Of a stretch of 64,000 bases of DNA, positions 20,060-30,593 are shown piece after piece (position 1 is the first letter of the stretch; each line of letters starts with the position of its first letter). Source of the stretch: an uncultured virus (IMG/VR IMGVR_UViG_3300043438_001944) (lineage: Duplodnaviria; Heunggongvirae; Uroviricota; Caudoviricetes); IMG/VR virus record IMGVR_UViG_3300043438_001944, positions 1-64,000 of that record; one strand, written 5' to 3'. The translations under genes and the position numbers were made by a program. The notes under the pieces are model-generated. The model made no database searches and had not been told where the DNA came from. It worked only from the letters and a program-made list of their open reading frames with translations.

Positions 20060-21814
20060 TTATCTTAAAGTATCAGTTCCAAATACTTGGATACCTTTCA
20101 CATCGATAGTTGCGAAGTAACGGTTGTTCACCATTTTCTTTGCGTATCTTGTCATGATACCTTTGATAGGTGTCATGTTGAAAGGATTGTACATAGTTGG
20201 AGTTAATTGTAAAGGTACATACGGAGCGTAGATGTAACCAGCGTCTAATAATGACTTACCTTTGTGACCAATCAAAATTTTGTTTGGTGGGAAGTAAGGA
20301 TCACGATAAACTTGGTAACGACCAGCTAATGAACCGATTTTCTCGATACCCATGTTGTATGTATCTTGCTCAGGATCTGCATTAGATACGTGGAAATACT
20401 CTAAATCATCGAATACTGCAGAAACTTCTGAAGAAACAACAATCCAGTTAGCACCACCTCTTAATGTAGTCTTATGGATTTGAGCCGATAATTGGTTAAT
20501 CTTAGTGATTAACGTTTGGTTCCAATCTTTTTGAGTGTAACCTTGTAATGTAGCACCTGCGTTTCCACCGTACTTCCATTCGTTATAATCCCACTTAGCA
20601 GTCCATGCAGCACCTTTACGTAAATCACGTAAGATTTCACGGTCAACTTCTGCAGCGATTTGCTCAGATAATAAAGCTGTTAATTCAGCTTCAGCATCGA
20701 TGTTGTGGAATGCACTAACGTCTTGAGCCAATTCAGGAGACCAGCTAGCTCTTAATTTTCTTTCAGTTACAGAAACTGTTACTGACTCTAAATCAAAAGA
20801 TACTTCACCGATTTCATCTTCAAACTCTAAAGAAGCGTACTTACGATATGTTACAGCAAATTCAGTTTTTGCTAATGTTGAACCAGTTACCTCATAATCA
20901 GTAAATCCGTTAGAAGAGTCATACTTTTGTAAATCAACTTGGATATACATAATACCATCTTCATCACAAATATCATTGAAATTACCAGTAGCTCCCGCAG
21001 ATTTTTTACCATACTCAACAATACCTTTGCCGTATTTGTTTGTAACGATGTTAATCGGAAGTGGTGCACTTGTAATTCCTAAGAATGATTGTAAATTCGC
21101 ATCAGTTGTTCTAACTTCTAAAGAAGCTAAGAATTCTTCTGTGTCAATTTCATGACCATTAGGTCCTGATAATTTACCAACTCCAGCGTTTGTAAATCCT
21201 GATACCGCTAAGATAACACTTGATTTAGTTACACCAGTTGCAATTGCAGTAGCGTCAATAGTAACAACACCAGCATTGAAAACGGTGAAACCACTTACAG
21301 TCAAACCAGTTTCAACTGTAAAAGCACCTTTTGAATAATCAAAAAGACCTTGGTCTAAGTTGTCACTATTCTCGTAGAAACGATCGTAAAGACTTCTTTT
21401 ACCTGCTGTATAACCTTCAGATGCTGCATCAGAATTACCTGGCATACCGTAAGGTGCATAATGACCATTACCATTTAATTCCTGAATTTTAGGAATGAAG
21501 AAAAATAATTTACCAATTGGTAAGTTCATAGCTTGTACAGACACGATGTCGTTAGCTAATAATTTAGAGAACACACGACGAATAATAGGGAAAACTACTG
21601 TCTCAAATGAACCAGACGCATCAGCTACTGCTGCTTCGTTGATTAAATATGATGCTTGGTTTTCATATAATTGTGCGATGTTATCTTTTTGGTGACCGTC
21701 TAGACCTTCTAAGAATCCTAGTTCGTCCCATTTTTTGATGGTATCTTCTTTGATCACACGTAAGTGCTTAAGACCAATGTTTCCTACCATACCTGATTCT
21801 AATAATGCTCCCAT
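20060..21814 (-). CDS. Major capsid protein (T4 gp23-like)
   Basis: IVSVQAM..PIG, RKLRASWSPELAQD..AFH.IDAEAEL, YAPYVPL, GIMTRY. Confidence 0.97.
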   Translation of the reverse strand: MGALLESGMVGNIGLKHLRVIKEDTIKKWDELGFLEGLDGHQKDNIAQLYENQASYLINEAAVADASGSFETVVFPIIRRVFSKLLANDIVSVQAMNLPIGKLFFFIPKIQELNGNGHYAPYGMPGNSDAASEGYTAGKRSLYDRFYENSDNLDQGLFDYSKGAFTVETGLTVSGFTVFNAGVVTIDATAIATGVTKSSVILAVSGFTNAGVGKLSGPNGHEIDTEEFLASLEVRTTDANLQSFLGITSAPLPINIVTNKYGKGIVEYGKKSAGATGNFNDICDEDGIMYIQVDLQKYDSSNGFTDYEVTGSTLAKTEFAVTYRKYASLEFEDEIGEVSFDLESVTVSVTERKLRASWSPELAQDVSAFHNIDAEAELTALLSEQIAAEVDREILRDLRKGAAWTAKWDYNEWKYGGNAGATLQGYTQKDWNQTLITKINQLSAQIHKTTLRGGANWIVVSSEVSAVFDDLEYFHVSNADPEQDTYNMGIEKIGSLAGRYQVYRDPYFPPNKILIGHKGKSLLDAGYIYAPYVPLQLTPTMYNPFNMTPIKGIMTRYAKKMVNNRYFATIDVKGIQVFGTDTLR

Positions 21815-21841
21815 TTTAAAATTGTATTTTGTTTTTTTTTA

Positions 21842-23203
21842 TTATTTTATTTTGCTCATCAAATCTTTCATTCTCTTAAATTGAGGATTTTCGTAAGCTT
21901 TTGACTCAGCTAAAACCTCTTGAGAAGATGATGTTGATGGTGCGTTTGAGATTTTTTCTACAACTGACTCAGTAACATTAGTTTTAGTTCCTAATTCAGT
22001 TTTTATTTGTGAGAATAAATTTTTAGCCTCACTCAAAGTTGAAATACCATCAAATCTCTTAAGGATGGTTAATTTTTCCCTTTTTGTTGTTGAATGTTCA
22101 GTGAATAAACGAGTTGCATATGCTAAATTTGCATTAAACACGGCTACTTCATTAAGCTTATCTTTAAAAAGAACTAAAGCCTTCTTGTACTCAGCATTTT
22201 GCTTTTTCAAGTTTTCAACTTCTTCGTTCATTTCATGACGACCAGCTTTATATTTTTTACCTTGATTTGCAGGTTTTCTAACATCGTTACCGAATGTTCT
22301 TGCTGCCTCATCAACTTCAGTTTCTACTTCTTCTGTTTCTTCTTTAGCTTCAACCTTCTTAGGATTCTTTAGACCAGCTAAAGCTTCTTCTTTAGGTTCA
22401 ACTTTTTTAGGTTTTGATAAACCAGAAAGTGCTGACTCTTTAGCTTCTACTTTTTTAGGTTTTGATAAACCTTTAAGAGCAGATTCCTTAGCTTCAACCT
22501 TTTTAGGTTTTGATAAACCTTTAAGAGCAGATTCGTCTAATTCGATTTCATATAATGATTCTTCTTCCATTTCTGAATCAACGTCAGAATCCATTCCTGA
22601 ATCCATACCGCCAAAATCATCATCAGATGAGTCGTCATCATCTCCATCAAGTTTAATAATGAATTCGTCTTCTCCAGTATCAAAAGTTACGTTGTTGCCG
22701 TCTTTTTTAACTACAATACCATCTTCTGGTTTCATAGCTTTGAATACTTTAAGAACTTCTTCATCAGATGCTCCTGTCATATCCATAACGTCGTCGTCAG
22801 ATTCTTCTTCATCTGAATCTAAATCGTCTGAACCAAAATCATCCATAGATGTATCGGTATCATCAGATTCACTATCAGAATCCATATCATCGATTCCTTT
22901 TGTTGGGTCTTCGTTATCGAGGTTTGTGTCATTTTCAGCGTCATCAGCTTCAGCATCATCTGCCTCTGCGTCATCGTCTGACATATCGTCTTCCTCTTCG
23001 TCAGGAGTTGGTTGCTCGTCCATTGAGTCTTTTGACTCATCGTCTTTTGCAACTTCTTCCTCTTCTTCCAATGATTCTTTAAGCAAGTCGCTTAGTTCTT
23101 CCTTCATTGTTGAAGCAAGTATACCTTTTGCATTTTGCTTAACCGCTTCTTCAAGAGTTTGTACTTGAAGTAATGCTTGTTCTAAAATTGATTTTTCGCT
23201 CAT
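21842..23203 (-). CDS. Prohead core/scaffold protein
   Basis: Very acidic coiled-coil protein between the protease and capsid genes; internal ESALKGLSKPKKVEAK repeats. Confidence 0.8.
   Translation of the reverse strand: MSEKSILEQALLQVQTLEEAVKQNAKGILASTMKEELSDLLKESLEEEEEVAKDDESKDSMDEQPTPDEEEDDMSDDDAEADDAEADDAENDTNLDNEDPTKGIDDMDSDSESDDTDTSMDDFGSDDLDSDEEESDDDVMDMTGASDEEVLKVFKAMKPEDGIVVKKDGNNVTFDTGEDEFIIKLDGDDDDSSDDDFGGMDSGMDSDVDSEMEEESLYEIELDESALKGLSKPKKVEAKESALKGLSKPKKVEAKESALSGLSKPKKVEPKEEALAGLKNPKKVEAKEETEEVETEVDEAARTFGNDVRKPANQGKKYKAGRHEMNEEVENLKKQNAEYKKALVLFKDKLNEVAVFNANLAYATRLFTEHSTTKREKLTILKRFDGISTLSEAKNLFSQIKTELGTKTNVTESVVEKISNAPSTSSSQEVLAESKAYENPQFKRMKDLMSKIK
22345..22535 (-). repeat. 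48-bp coding tandem repeat (4 copies)
   Basis: ESALKGLSKPKKVEAK twice, then ESALSGLSKPKKVEPK and EEALAGLKNPKKVEAK. Confidence 0.85.
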
Positions 23204-23290
23204 TGTGAAAATTGTTGTTTTATTATCTTATAAATAGTATGAAATATTGAAAAATTCTTTTTTCCGATATAAACAGACTAATAAAATTGA

Positions 23291-23974
23291 CTATTTGGAT
23301 AAAAATTTATCCAATCCACCCATTAATTTTTTCATTCTATCATCCAACATAGGTTTTTCTTGAACCTCTTCTTGGAACTGATCTCTTTCTGATGGGTCGT
23401 GGAAAACGTAAGCACCGGGTGTAGATGGAGATGATACTAAATCAAAACATACCAATTCAAAATCATCTTGAACTATATTTTGACCTTTAACATTTTTGAG
23501 TGAACCAACTCCACGAGATGATATACCCAATGTTGCACCATTCATGATTAACATTGCGGCTTGATCCCCCTTAGTTGATACAATACCCATTTTTCTCCAA
23601 CCCGGAGATGTAAATAATTTGATTTTTCCCATTAACATTCTACCATCCCACCAAGTTTCAAGAATAGAGTGTGAAACTCGGTCTAAATCAATAAGGGACG
23701 ATGATGGGTGATTTAATTCATTTAACGCACCACCTTTTTTAATAAGTTGTTGGTATTTTTGATCTTCTCTTTTTAAAATTGACTCAGGATAGATTCTACC
23801 GTTCTTATTTGGGGTATCGTATTTTTGTAAAACAGCAAAAAGAATCAAGTCTTCTGAGAAGTCAAGATTCTTCATTTCTGAAATAACTTTTTTGTTGTCG
23901 TCAGGGGAAACATGACCAGCGTCATATTCGATTAAAATTCCTTTCCCCGTCTCGTTTGGTCCTAATATCTTCAT
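23291..23974 (-). CDS. Prohead protease (T4 gp21-like)
   Basis: NKNGRIYP, ELNHP, VSH, LGISSRGVGS, DLVSSPSTPGA. Confidence 0.95.
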   Translation of the reverse strand: MKILGPNETGKGILIEYDAGHVSPDDNKKVISEMKNLDFSEDLILFAVLQKYDTPNKNGRIYPESILKREDQKYQQLIKKGGALNELNHPSSSLIDLDRVSHSILETWWDGRMLMGKIKLFTSPGWRKMGIVSTKGDQAAMLIMNGATLGISSRGVGSLKNVKGQNIVQDDFELVCFDLVSSPSTPGAYVFHDPSERDQFQEEVQEKPMLDDRMKKLMGGLDKFLSK

Positions 23975-24013
23975 TTATGGATTTATTCTCCTATAAATAC
24001 ATCGATAAGTGAG

Positions 24014-24442
24014 TTATTTTTTAGATTTGTTAAAATTAAAGAGTTTTTTATCGTTTAAACCCTCGTCAATTATACTTTCTAATATATTTTTTATTGAATT
24101 TTTAATGTCTTTAGTTTTGATATCGAATTGTTTGTTAACATATAATGTTATTTCTAAATTCATAAAAGACCTCTTTTCCAATTGTATTCCCTTAGTTCTT
24201 ATATCTAAATCAACAATAGATTGTTCTTTAAATAATGGATCTTTAAGTCCACTTACAATTTGTTTTAACCTTCTTCTTGATTTATTAATTGTAAAATCAA
24301 AATCATCAGTTTCGTTTTGTGGTTGTATCCACGAGTTTAGTTTTAAATAAATGGTTTTTAGATTTTTAAAATCCACGGTTCCATATCCGATTTTTACGTT
24401 GTTGTACGTCCCCAAAGGGATGTACTTACCAATTTTCATCAA
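24014..24442 (-). CDS. Hypothetical protein
   Basis: 142-aa ORF within the head module. Confidence 0.7.
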   Translation of the reverse strand: MMKIGKYIPLGTYNNVKIGYGTVDFKNLKTIYLKLNSWIQPQNETDDFDFTINKSRRRLKQIVSGLKDPLFKEQSIVDLDIRTKGIQLEKRSFMNLEITLYVNKQFDIKTKDIKNSIKNILESIIDEGLNDKKLFNFNKSKK

Positions 24443-24546
24443 TTTTTCATGTTATATATTTTTATTATGGTGTTATTTAAAATATAACAAAAAAATACTT
24501 AAAAAACAAAAATATTTTTTATATATTTGTAATATACTTATATACT

Positions 24547-24738
24547 ATGATTATAATTGATTTATCAAAAGAAAGGAATCTTGAAAGTGCTTTGAGAACT
24601 TATAAAAGTAAAGTTCAAAAAACAAAACAAGTTCAAAAATTAAGGGCCAGAGAACAATTTGTCAAACCTTCTGTAGTTAGAAGGAAACAGATGTTAAAAG
24701 CGAAGTATGTACAACAAATGAAAAATGGTCTTAGTTAA
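24547..24738 (+). CDS. rpsU: Ribosomal protein bS21
   Basis: LESALRTYKSKV.KT....LRAREQFVKPSVVRR; preceded by TATATTTG at 24522. Confidence 0.9.
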   Translation: MIIIDLSKERNLESALRTYKSKVQKTKQVQKLRAREQFVKPSVVRRKQMLKAKYVQQMKNGLS

Positions 24739-25477
24739 GACCATTTTTTAGTTCTGTTAATCTGTAGTAGTTGTATTTTGATGGTGACATTCCACTCACC
24801 TCTTTTTTTACATTATCTAATTTAATCTTTAATTCATTATCACTCGACTCAATTAATAAAGAATCAACTTTACTTAGAATTGATTCCGCTAATTCATTTG
24901 ATTTGGTGATTAAATCATCATTAGAAATTGATAAAATATTTTTCAATTCTTCTTTCTGTGATTCTGATAATGTATTAGAAAATAATACGTTAAAGTTGTT
25001 TGCTAAAACCGCGTTTAATAATGTTTCATTAGGTACTAAAGATGTTTCTTTCGATTCGGTAATTTCTTTCTTAGTTGTTAAATGTTCAACTAATTTCTTT
25101 TTAGCTATAACTTTCTTTTCAATATTTGATAATGAATCTTTTTCAGATAACATATCTAAACACTCGTATAGTTCATTGGTGTTGATTTCAACGTCACCTA
25201 ATTTATTATGTAGAGATTCACAAAACACATTTAAATCATTCCAATTACCTATTGGTTGACCAAAATATGTATTTAATCCTTCGACATATAATTTCGCGGT
25301 CTCTTTATCGTCAATGTATTTATTTTCTATTTCTTCATAAAACAAATACATTTCTTTAAATTCTTTGTTTTCTTTAATTTCTTTTAAGATACTTTTTATC
25401 TCACTTTTATTTTCATTCGCGTAAGATTCTGTTAATTTATTTAACATTTTAGTCTTAATAATACCAAATTTGTTCAT
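24731..25477 (-). CDS. Hypothetical head-module protein
   Basis: 248-aa helical ORF directly downstream of the portal gene. Confidence 0.75.
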   Translation of the reverse strand: MNKFGIIKTKMLNKLTESYANENKSEIKSILKEIKENKEFKEMYLFYEEIENKYIDDKETAKLYVEGLNTYFGQPIGNWNDLNVFCESLHNKLGDVEINTNELYECLDMLSEKDSLSNIEKKVIAKKKLVEHLTTKKEITESKETSLVPNETLLNAVLANNFNVLFSNTLSESQKEELKNILSISNDDLITKSNELAESILSKVDSLLIESSDNELKIKLDNVKKEVSGMSPSKYNYYRLTELKNGLN

Positions 25478-25479
25478 TG

Positions 25480-27318
25480 TTAGTCGTTTAAAATTTCATT
25501 TAATTTATCTTCCATTTCATAAATATTCTGTTGTGCCTTATCCATATCAAATAAATCAGTAAATTTCATTTCTTCTTCACCTAACATACCTAATATTTTA
25601 GATTTTTTAGATTTTGCTTTAAATGATTCACTTAATGGACCTTCTCCACCGGCTGGCGGTGCTGCCGCTGGTGCACCTCCACCACCCATATCCATTCCAC
25701 CACCCATATCACCACCAGGTGCTTCACCCGATGCACCCGCGGCTTCTAATTTAGCTCTTTCTTCTTCAGATATACCATACTTTCTATCCACATCATCAAA
25801 TATACCTGAACGTTTAATAACATTCTGTGTGTTTGTTAATTCAAAACCAATTGCTCTTTCAAGACGTTGTTGTTGTAAATCAAGAATCACTTCATTCTCA
25901 CTAAATCCAAGAATATTCTTTTTAGCCCAAGTATGTGATACTGGTAAAATACCAACTTGAGATTGGTCAGATGTTGCATCTTTGTAAAGAGTAACTTTTT
26001 CTTTCCATTGTTCAATCTTTAATAAATCAGATTGTGCGGAAGGGTTAGTTAACGACAATTCAAAATTGTTTAACTCATCTTCCATACCTAAAAGGTATAG
26101 GTGAATTAATGCAACTTTATTAAGTTCTTGTATTAATGATTTTTGAATTTTATTAATTGTTCTTGCAAAACGAATATCCATTAATGCAAGATTCTTTCCA
26201 TCACCAACCACCTCTTCAAATCCTAAGAACGCTTTTGGAATACGTAATGCCGCCAATAATTTCTTTTGTATGTATTCAATATCTGCAATCTCACCTAAAT
26301 TTTGTGCTCCAGGTAATGTTTCAATTGGCATTGTTTGTGATGCGTCGCGTACGGGTACAAAATAATCTTGGTCCACAGCCATTTGATTATATCTCATATC
26401 TACTTGACCATTACGAGGATCAGATACAGGTTGACGTTTGAATTTATTTGCAACCTTTTGTACATATGGTTCAATATCCTTATCATCCATATTACCAACA
26501 AACACTTTGAATACACGTCTTTCAGGTGCTCTTGATGTTCTATAAATTAACATCGCATCTTCGGCAAGTAAAAGTTGTTTCCATATACGTCTAATCTTAT
26601 CTAACATAGAAGTACCATATGGTAACTTTCTATCATCACCTAAAATTCTAAAGTGAGCGACTTCCCACGCTTGGAATTCCATATCCTTATTTTTCCATTG
26701 GAAACGTAATTCTCTAATTGGTAATTTAATATCTTTTTGTGTTGGTGTTTTACTTGACGCACCTTCCACTCTTTCTATTTCAATATTTGGTAATTGTTGT
26801 ACTCCAACAATTCCTTTCTCAGGGTTAATTTTTAAATAAACAAAATTGTCACCATACTTACAAACACCTCTAGCCCACATTTGTAGGTTAGTATTAATGT
26901 CCATTTTATTATGAAATAAATCTTCAAGTATTCCTTTAATTCTTTCTGATTCGGAATATATTGTTAATATATCTCCCTTTTCAGACATAGTTGTAGATTC
27001 TTCAGAATAGATATCTAAAGCTGCAGAAATCTCAGGTGTAAATTCCATTGATTCATAATCATAGTATGCCGCTAATCTATTCGGTTCATAGTAAATTGAT
27101 TGATTATAAAGATTTTGGTCTAACTTGGCCCATTTATCGGCAACGTATTGACTTTGTTGTGCCTGTAATAAAGCCTTTTCAAAATCTTCTTTACTATCTG
27201 TTTTTAATAATTCGTCTTTATTGAAATTAAATGAAGGTGTGTTATCCTGTTTTGTTTGACCAGGATAACCAAACATTCTAGTAAGTTTCTGAAAGACGGT
27301 TGTGGTTTGATCTGCCAT
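25480..27318 (-). CDS. Portal protein (T4 gp20-like)
   Basis: LAEDAMLIYRTSRAPERRVFKVFVGN, DYFVPVR, IETLPG, DIEY. Confidence 0.96.
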   Translation of the reverse strand: MADQTTTVFQKLTRMFGYPGQTKQDNTPSFNFNKDELLKTDSKEDFEKALLQAQQSQYVADKWAKLDQNLYNQSIYYEPNRLAAYYDYESMEFTPEISAALDIYSEESTTMSEKGDILTIYSESERIKGILEDLFHNKMDINTNLQMWARGVCKYGDNFVYLKINPEKGIVGVQQLPNIEIERVEGASSKTPTQKDIKLPIRELRFQWKNKDMEFQAWEVAHFRILGDDRKLPYGTSMLDKIRRIWKQLLLAEDAMLIYRTSRAPERRVFKVFVGNMDDKDIEPYVQKVANKFKRQPVSDPRNGQVDMRYNQMAVDQDYFVPVRDASQTMPIETLPGAQNLGEIADIEYIQKKLLAALRIPKAFLGFEEVVGDGKNLALMDIRFARTINKIQKSLIQELNKVALIHLYLLGMEDELNNFELSLTNPSAQSDLLKIEQWKEKVTLYKDATSDQSQVGILPVSHTWAKKNILGFSENEVILDLQQQRLERAIGFELTNTQNVIKRSGIFDDVDRKYGISEEERAKLEAAGASGEAPGGDMGGGMDMGGGGAPAAAPPAGGEGPLSESFKAKSKKSKILGMLGEEEMKFTDLFDMDKAQQNIYEMEDKLNEILND

Positions 27319-27372
27319 GTATATAAATACTTTTCTTTATAATATAAACTTATTATTTAACAAATGGAAGTA

Positions 27373-29148
27373 TTATTTACGTCCACCAAACAACCATGAG
27401 TTCTCCCTATAAGCATCTTTGGATACGTTATTTGGATTATTTCCGTGATAAATTTGGTCATTATCCATACCCATTGAACCAATTTGGTCGAAAGATGTAC
27501 CATAAGAATAAAATGTTTTATTTGGTTCATATGTTCTTTCGGATAAAACCCACGATTCAATCATTGCTTTATTTTTCGAATCATTCTTTTGTAACTGATT
27601 GAAACACATATCACCAGCATAAAGAGCCATGGACATACTCATAATCGCATCGTCGTGAGCTCCTTTCATGTGGTCAGGTCTTCCGTTCATATAAACAAAC
27701 GTATTAAGTTCATTCAATAACCTACTTGACCTAACACCAAACCCTTTTCTTAATTGTTCTTCAAATGCAGCAACAATTTGAGTTCTTTTATTATTGAAAT
27801 TAAGTCCCGGTATTTTCTCCATCGCCTTAGCGTTATAGTCCCAAATGTTTTGAGTGTTAACACCTTCAATATATAAATTTTTATAATTTAATTCTTGTAA
27901 CTTTCTTGATGTTGCAACACCCATTCCACCTGTAATATCAATTACTATGAAACAATCATATAAAACACCCCATTTATAAGCAATTGAAGCCAAATCATCA
28001 GGAGGTATTTTACCAATATATTCAACCACTTGTTCTCTATCGTCAAAATCAATAATTGATATCGCTGAGAAATCTTCACTATCACCTCTACTAACATCGA
28101 CCCCCATAATATATCTATGTCCTTGAATTGGTTCTTTCCATTGCCAAAAGGTACCTTGCATGTATTTCTCTTTAGGGATTCTAATCATATTCTTGGCAAT
28201 ATTCTCTTGAATATCTCCCGGTATAACACCGTCACCCGAACCTAAAAAGTCACATTCCAATTCCTGAGCAATCTTACGTCTATCGTATTTGAATTTTTTA
28301 GACATAGATTCAAACCAAGATGAAAATGGTTTATAACCTTGTTCTTCTAAATCGTGATAATTTTTCATATCAAATTCACGAAGAACAACTTCATCATCAT
28401 TATATTGTTCTCTATTTAACATGTAATGACATATATCTTGACACTTAACCCAATGTAAGTCTTTGGTATAACGAGGGTCTTTAAACCATCTTAAATCGGT
28501 TATATGGAAGTCATTGATTCCACGTAACGCTTGGTCATAAACACCGTAATATATGGGGTCATAACCATTTGGTGTGGAGATAAGAATAATCTTACCACCC
28601 GTTGATAGAGACGCCATAGATGCCGCCCAAAAATCCTCACCCGCCTCAATATATGCCGCCTCATCAAATACAAGTACCGTTGGTGTAAAACCACGAAGTG
28701 CATCCGCCGAAGTCGCTACCGCCTTTACCTCTGAACCGTTATTTAATCTAAATCTACTTTCTGAGTTTTTATCGGGTGAAAACCCAACATTTATCCATTC
28801 AGGCCATTGGTCTAAGAAATGTCTAATTTTATTAGCCATTTCCACCGCTGTGTCTTTCTTGTTTGCGATAATCAAAACCCTTTCTGGATTTTCAGGTTTT
28901 GCTAATTGTAATATTTTAGATAACCAAGCGGCCGTTACAGTTGTAACACCAGCCTGTCTATATTTTTTTGTGATATTTTCATTATAATCCTCATAATCCC
29001 GAACCAATTGTAATTGGTCAGGAAATAAATCCATAGGAACGAATTTCTTTTGAGTGTTATCGTAAGTTTGAAGATAGGTTCTTAGTGCATAAGGAGTATC
29101 TTTTATGATTCGAGCATACTCTTTAATTTGTTCTATTTTACTATTCAT
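27373..29148 (-). CDS. Terminase large subunit (T4 gp17-like)
   Basis: KYRQAGVTT, FDEAAYI, ISTPNG, QELECDF, GVDVSRG, HDDAIM. Confidence 0.96.
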   Translation of the reverse strand: MNSKIEQIKEYARIIKDTPYALRTYLQTYDNTQKKFVPMDLFPDQLQLVRDYEDYNENITKKYRQAGVTTVTAAWLSKILQLAKPENPERVLIIANKKDTAVEMANKIRHFLDQWPEWINVGFSPDKNSESRFRLNNGSEVKAVATSADALRGFTPTVLVFDEAAYIEAGEDFWAASMASLSTGGKIILISTPNGYDPIYYGVYDQALRGINDFHITDLRWFKDPRYTKDLHWVKCQDICHYMLNREQYNDDEVVLREFDMKNYHDLEEQGYKPFSSWFESMSKKFKYDRRKIAQELECDFLGSGDGVIPGDIQENIAKNMIRIPKEKYMQGTFWQWKEPIQGHRYIMGVDVSRGDSEDFSAISIIDFDDREQVVEYIGKIPPDDLASIAYKWGVLYDCFIVIDITGGMGVATSRKLQELNYKNLYIEGVNTQNIWDYNAKAMEKIPGLNFNNKRTQIVAAFEEQLRKGFGVRSSRLLNELNTFVYMNGRPDHMKGAHDDAIMSMSMALYAGDMCFNQLQKNDSKNKAMIESWVLSERTYEPNKTFYSYGTSFDQIGSMGMDNDQIYHGNNPNNVSKDAYRENSWLFGGRK

Positions 29149-29160
29149 ATATATAAATAC

Positions 29161-29187
29161 AAAAAAAGGTGGTATAAACCACCTTTG
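29161..29187 (-). terminator. Intrinsic terminator
   Basis: aaaaaaaggtggt-ata-aaccaccttt hairpin; U-run on the minus strand. Confidence 0.7.
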
Positions 29188-29196
29188 TATTATCTT

Positions 29197-30573
29197 TTAA
29201 CGAGGAACTACTTCTCCTCCGTCATCATCGTCCTCTTCATTATCATCCGATAAGTCAATTCCTAAACTATTAAAAAAGTTTTTAAAATCATCTTCTTCAG
29301 TTTCTGATTCAATTGTTTCTAATTCATCATTAAATTGAGCCATAGTCTCTTCGTAATTTTGGTCATTTAATGTTTGATTAATTGCGTTAACTATTTGTTG
29401 TAATAATCTCTTACCCGTTTCTGAACCTGAAATAACCTCTTTCATTAAAGTTAAAAATCTTCTAGCTGGTAATTTGAAAATTTCAACTAATAGATAATTT
29501 TGAATTTCTACTTTATTTTCATCAGTTAAAATATCTTCTGGAAATTGATTTCTAATTCTGTCCCATATTGCAGGTCCTAATCTTAAATCCCACATTTCCT
29601 TTTCCAAAGTATCTTCATGTTGCATCACTTGTTGGAATAAGTCTTTATCTTCAGGTTCACCTTGATGTGAAAATAATTCCATCATTCCTTTAATTAATTC
29701 GTGAACTAATATTGGAAAATTAATTGCTCTTGCTTTAATTGTTGGTGGATCTGTATCTCTTTCAACCTCTTCACTACCCCCAACGGCACCAGCAGCACCA
29801 CCCATCATCATTTGCATCATATCATCACTTAATTGCCAATATAGTGTGTCGTTAATTGACATCAATACACCATATTGATTTATAAGTTCTTGTGACCCTG
29901 TAATTTGTTGTATTTTCTGAGGTACTAATTGGTACATGTAATGTCCTTTTTTAGATGACCCCTGAACCATACTATTAATCAATCTTCTTTTTGCTCTTTC
30001 TAAATCTAAAGTTTCCAAATCTTGCATCAAATTTTGTTCAATGTTAAATTCTTCCTCTTGGTCTTCAGTTTCAACTTCTTCAGGATTTTCTTGGTTTCCA
30101 TCTTCTCTGTTAAAATCAGACATATCAACCTCACCCATACCAATTATTTTAGCGTCAAATTGAACTGAACCTTCAGGTATACCCATCTCTTTCATTACCA
30201 ATTCAATTGCTAATTGTTCCAATTGTCCTCTGTGTTCTCTTTCTGTTTGGACAATAGAATTGTGAGCATCCATCATCATTTGTGATAATTGACCGATACT
30301 ACCTCTTTCACCAACCATTGGTGCTTCAACACCAGTGTATTGTCTAACTTTATTTATTACTTGTTTATACCTTTCAGATGCTAATAATTCTTGAAAATTA
30401 CTATTTGGTTCGTTACCTGTTTTAGGTAAAGGAACTTTCTTTATAGGTGTATCTCCACTAGCAAGTTTATTTTGTATATCTTGGTGTGGTCTATCTTGGG
30501 TATCAAAATCCATTGGCATCTCATTCAAGTTTTCTTGAATCAAATATAATAAATTTTTCTTAGATAATTTCAT
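29197..30573 (-). CDS. Hypothetical protein with an HELIKG (HExxH-like) motif
   Basis: 458-aa ORF; leader LLYLIQENLNE. Confidence 0.75.
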   Translation of the reverse strand: MKLSKKNLLYLIQENLNEMPMDFDTQDRPHQDIQNKLASGDTPIKKVPLPKTGNEPNSNFQELLASERYKQVINKVRQYTGVEAPMVGERGSIGQLSQMMMDAHNSIVQTEREHRGQLEQLAIELVMKEMGIPEGSVQFDAKIIGMGEVDMSDFNREDGNQENPEEVETEDQEEEFNIEQNLMQDLETLDLERAKRRLINSMVQGSSKKGHYMYQLVPQKIQQITGSQELINQYGVLMSINDTLYWQLSDDMMQMMMGGAAGAVGGSEEVERDTDPPTIKARAINFPILVHELIKGMMELFSHQGEPEDKDLFQQVMQHEDTLEKEMWDLRLGPAIWDRIRNQFPEDILTDENKVEIQNYLLVEIFKLPARRFLTLMKEVISGSETGKRLLQQIVNAINQTLNDQNYEETMAQFNDELETIESETEEDDFKNFFNSLGIDLSDDNEEDDDDGGEVVPR

Positions 30574-30593
30574 ATTTTCTGGAATATTTTAAA

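Noticed and set aside
27373..29148. Intein or intron in terminase, portal or capsid genes
   Set aside because: The ORFs are continuous and of ordinary length, with no intein termini or homing-endonuclease motifs.
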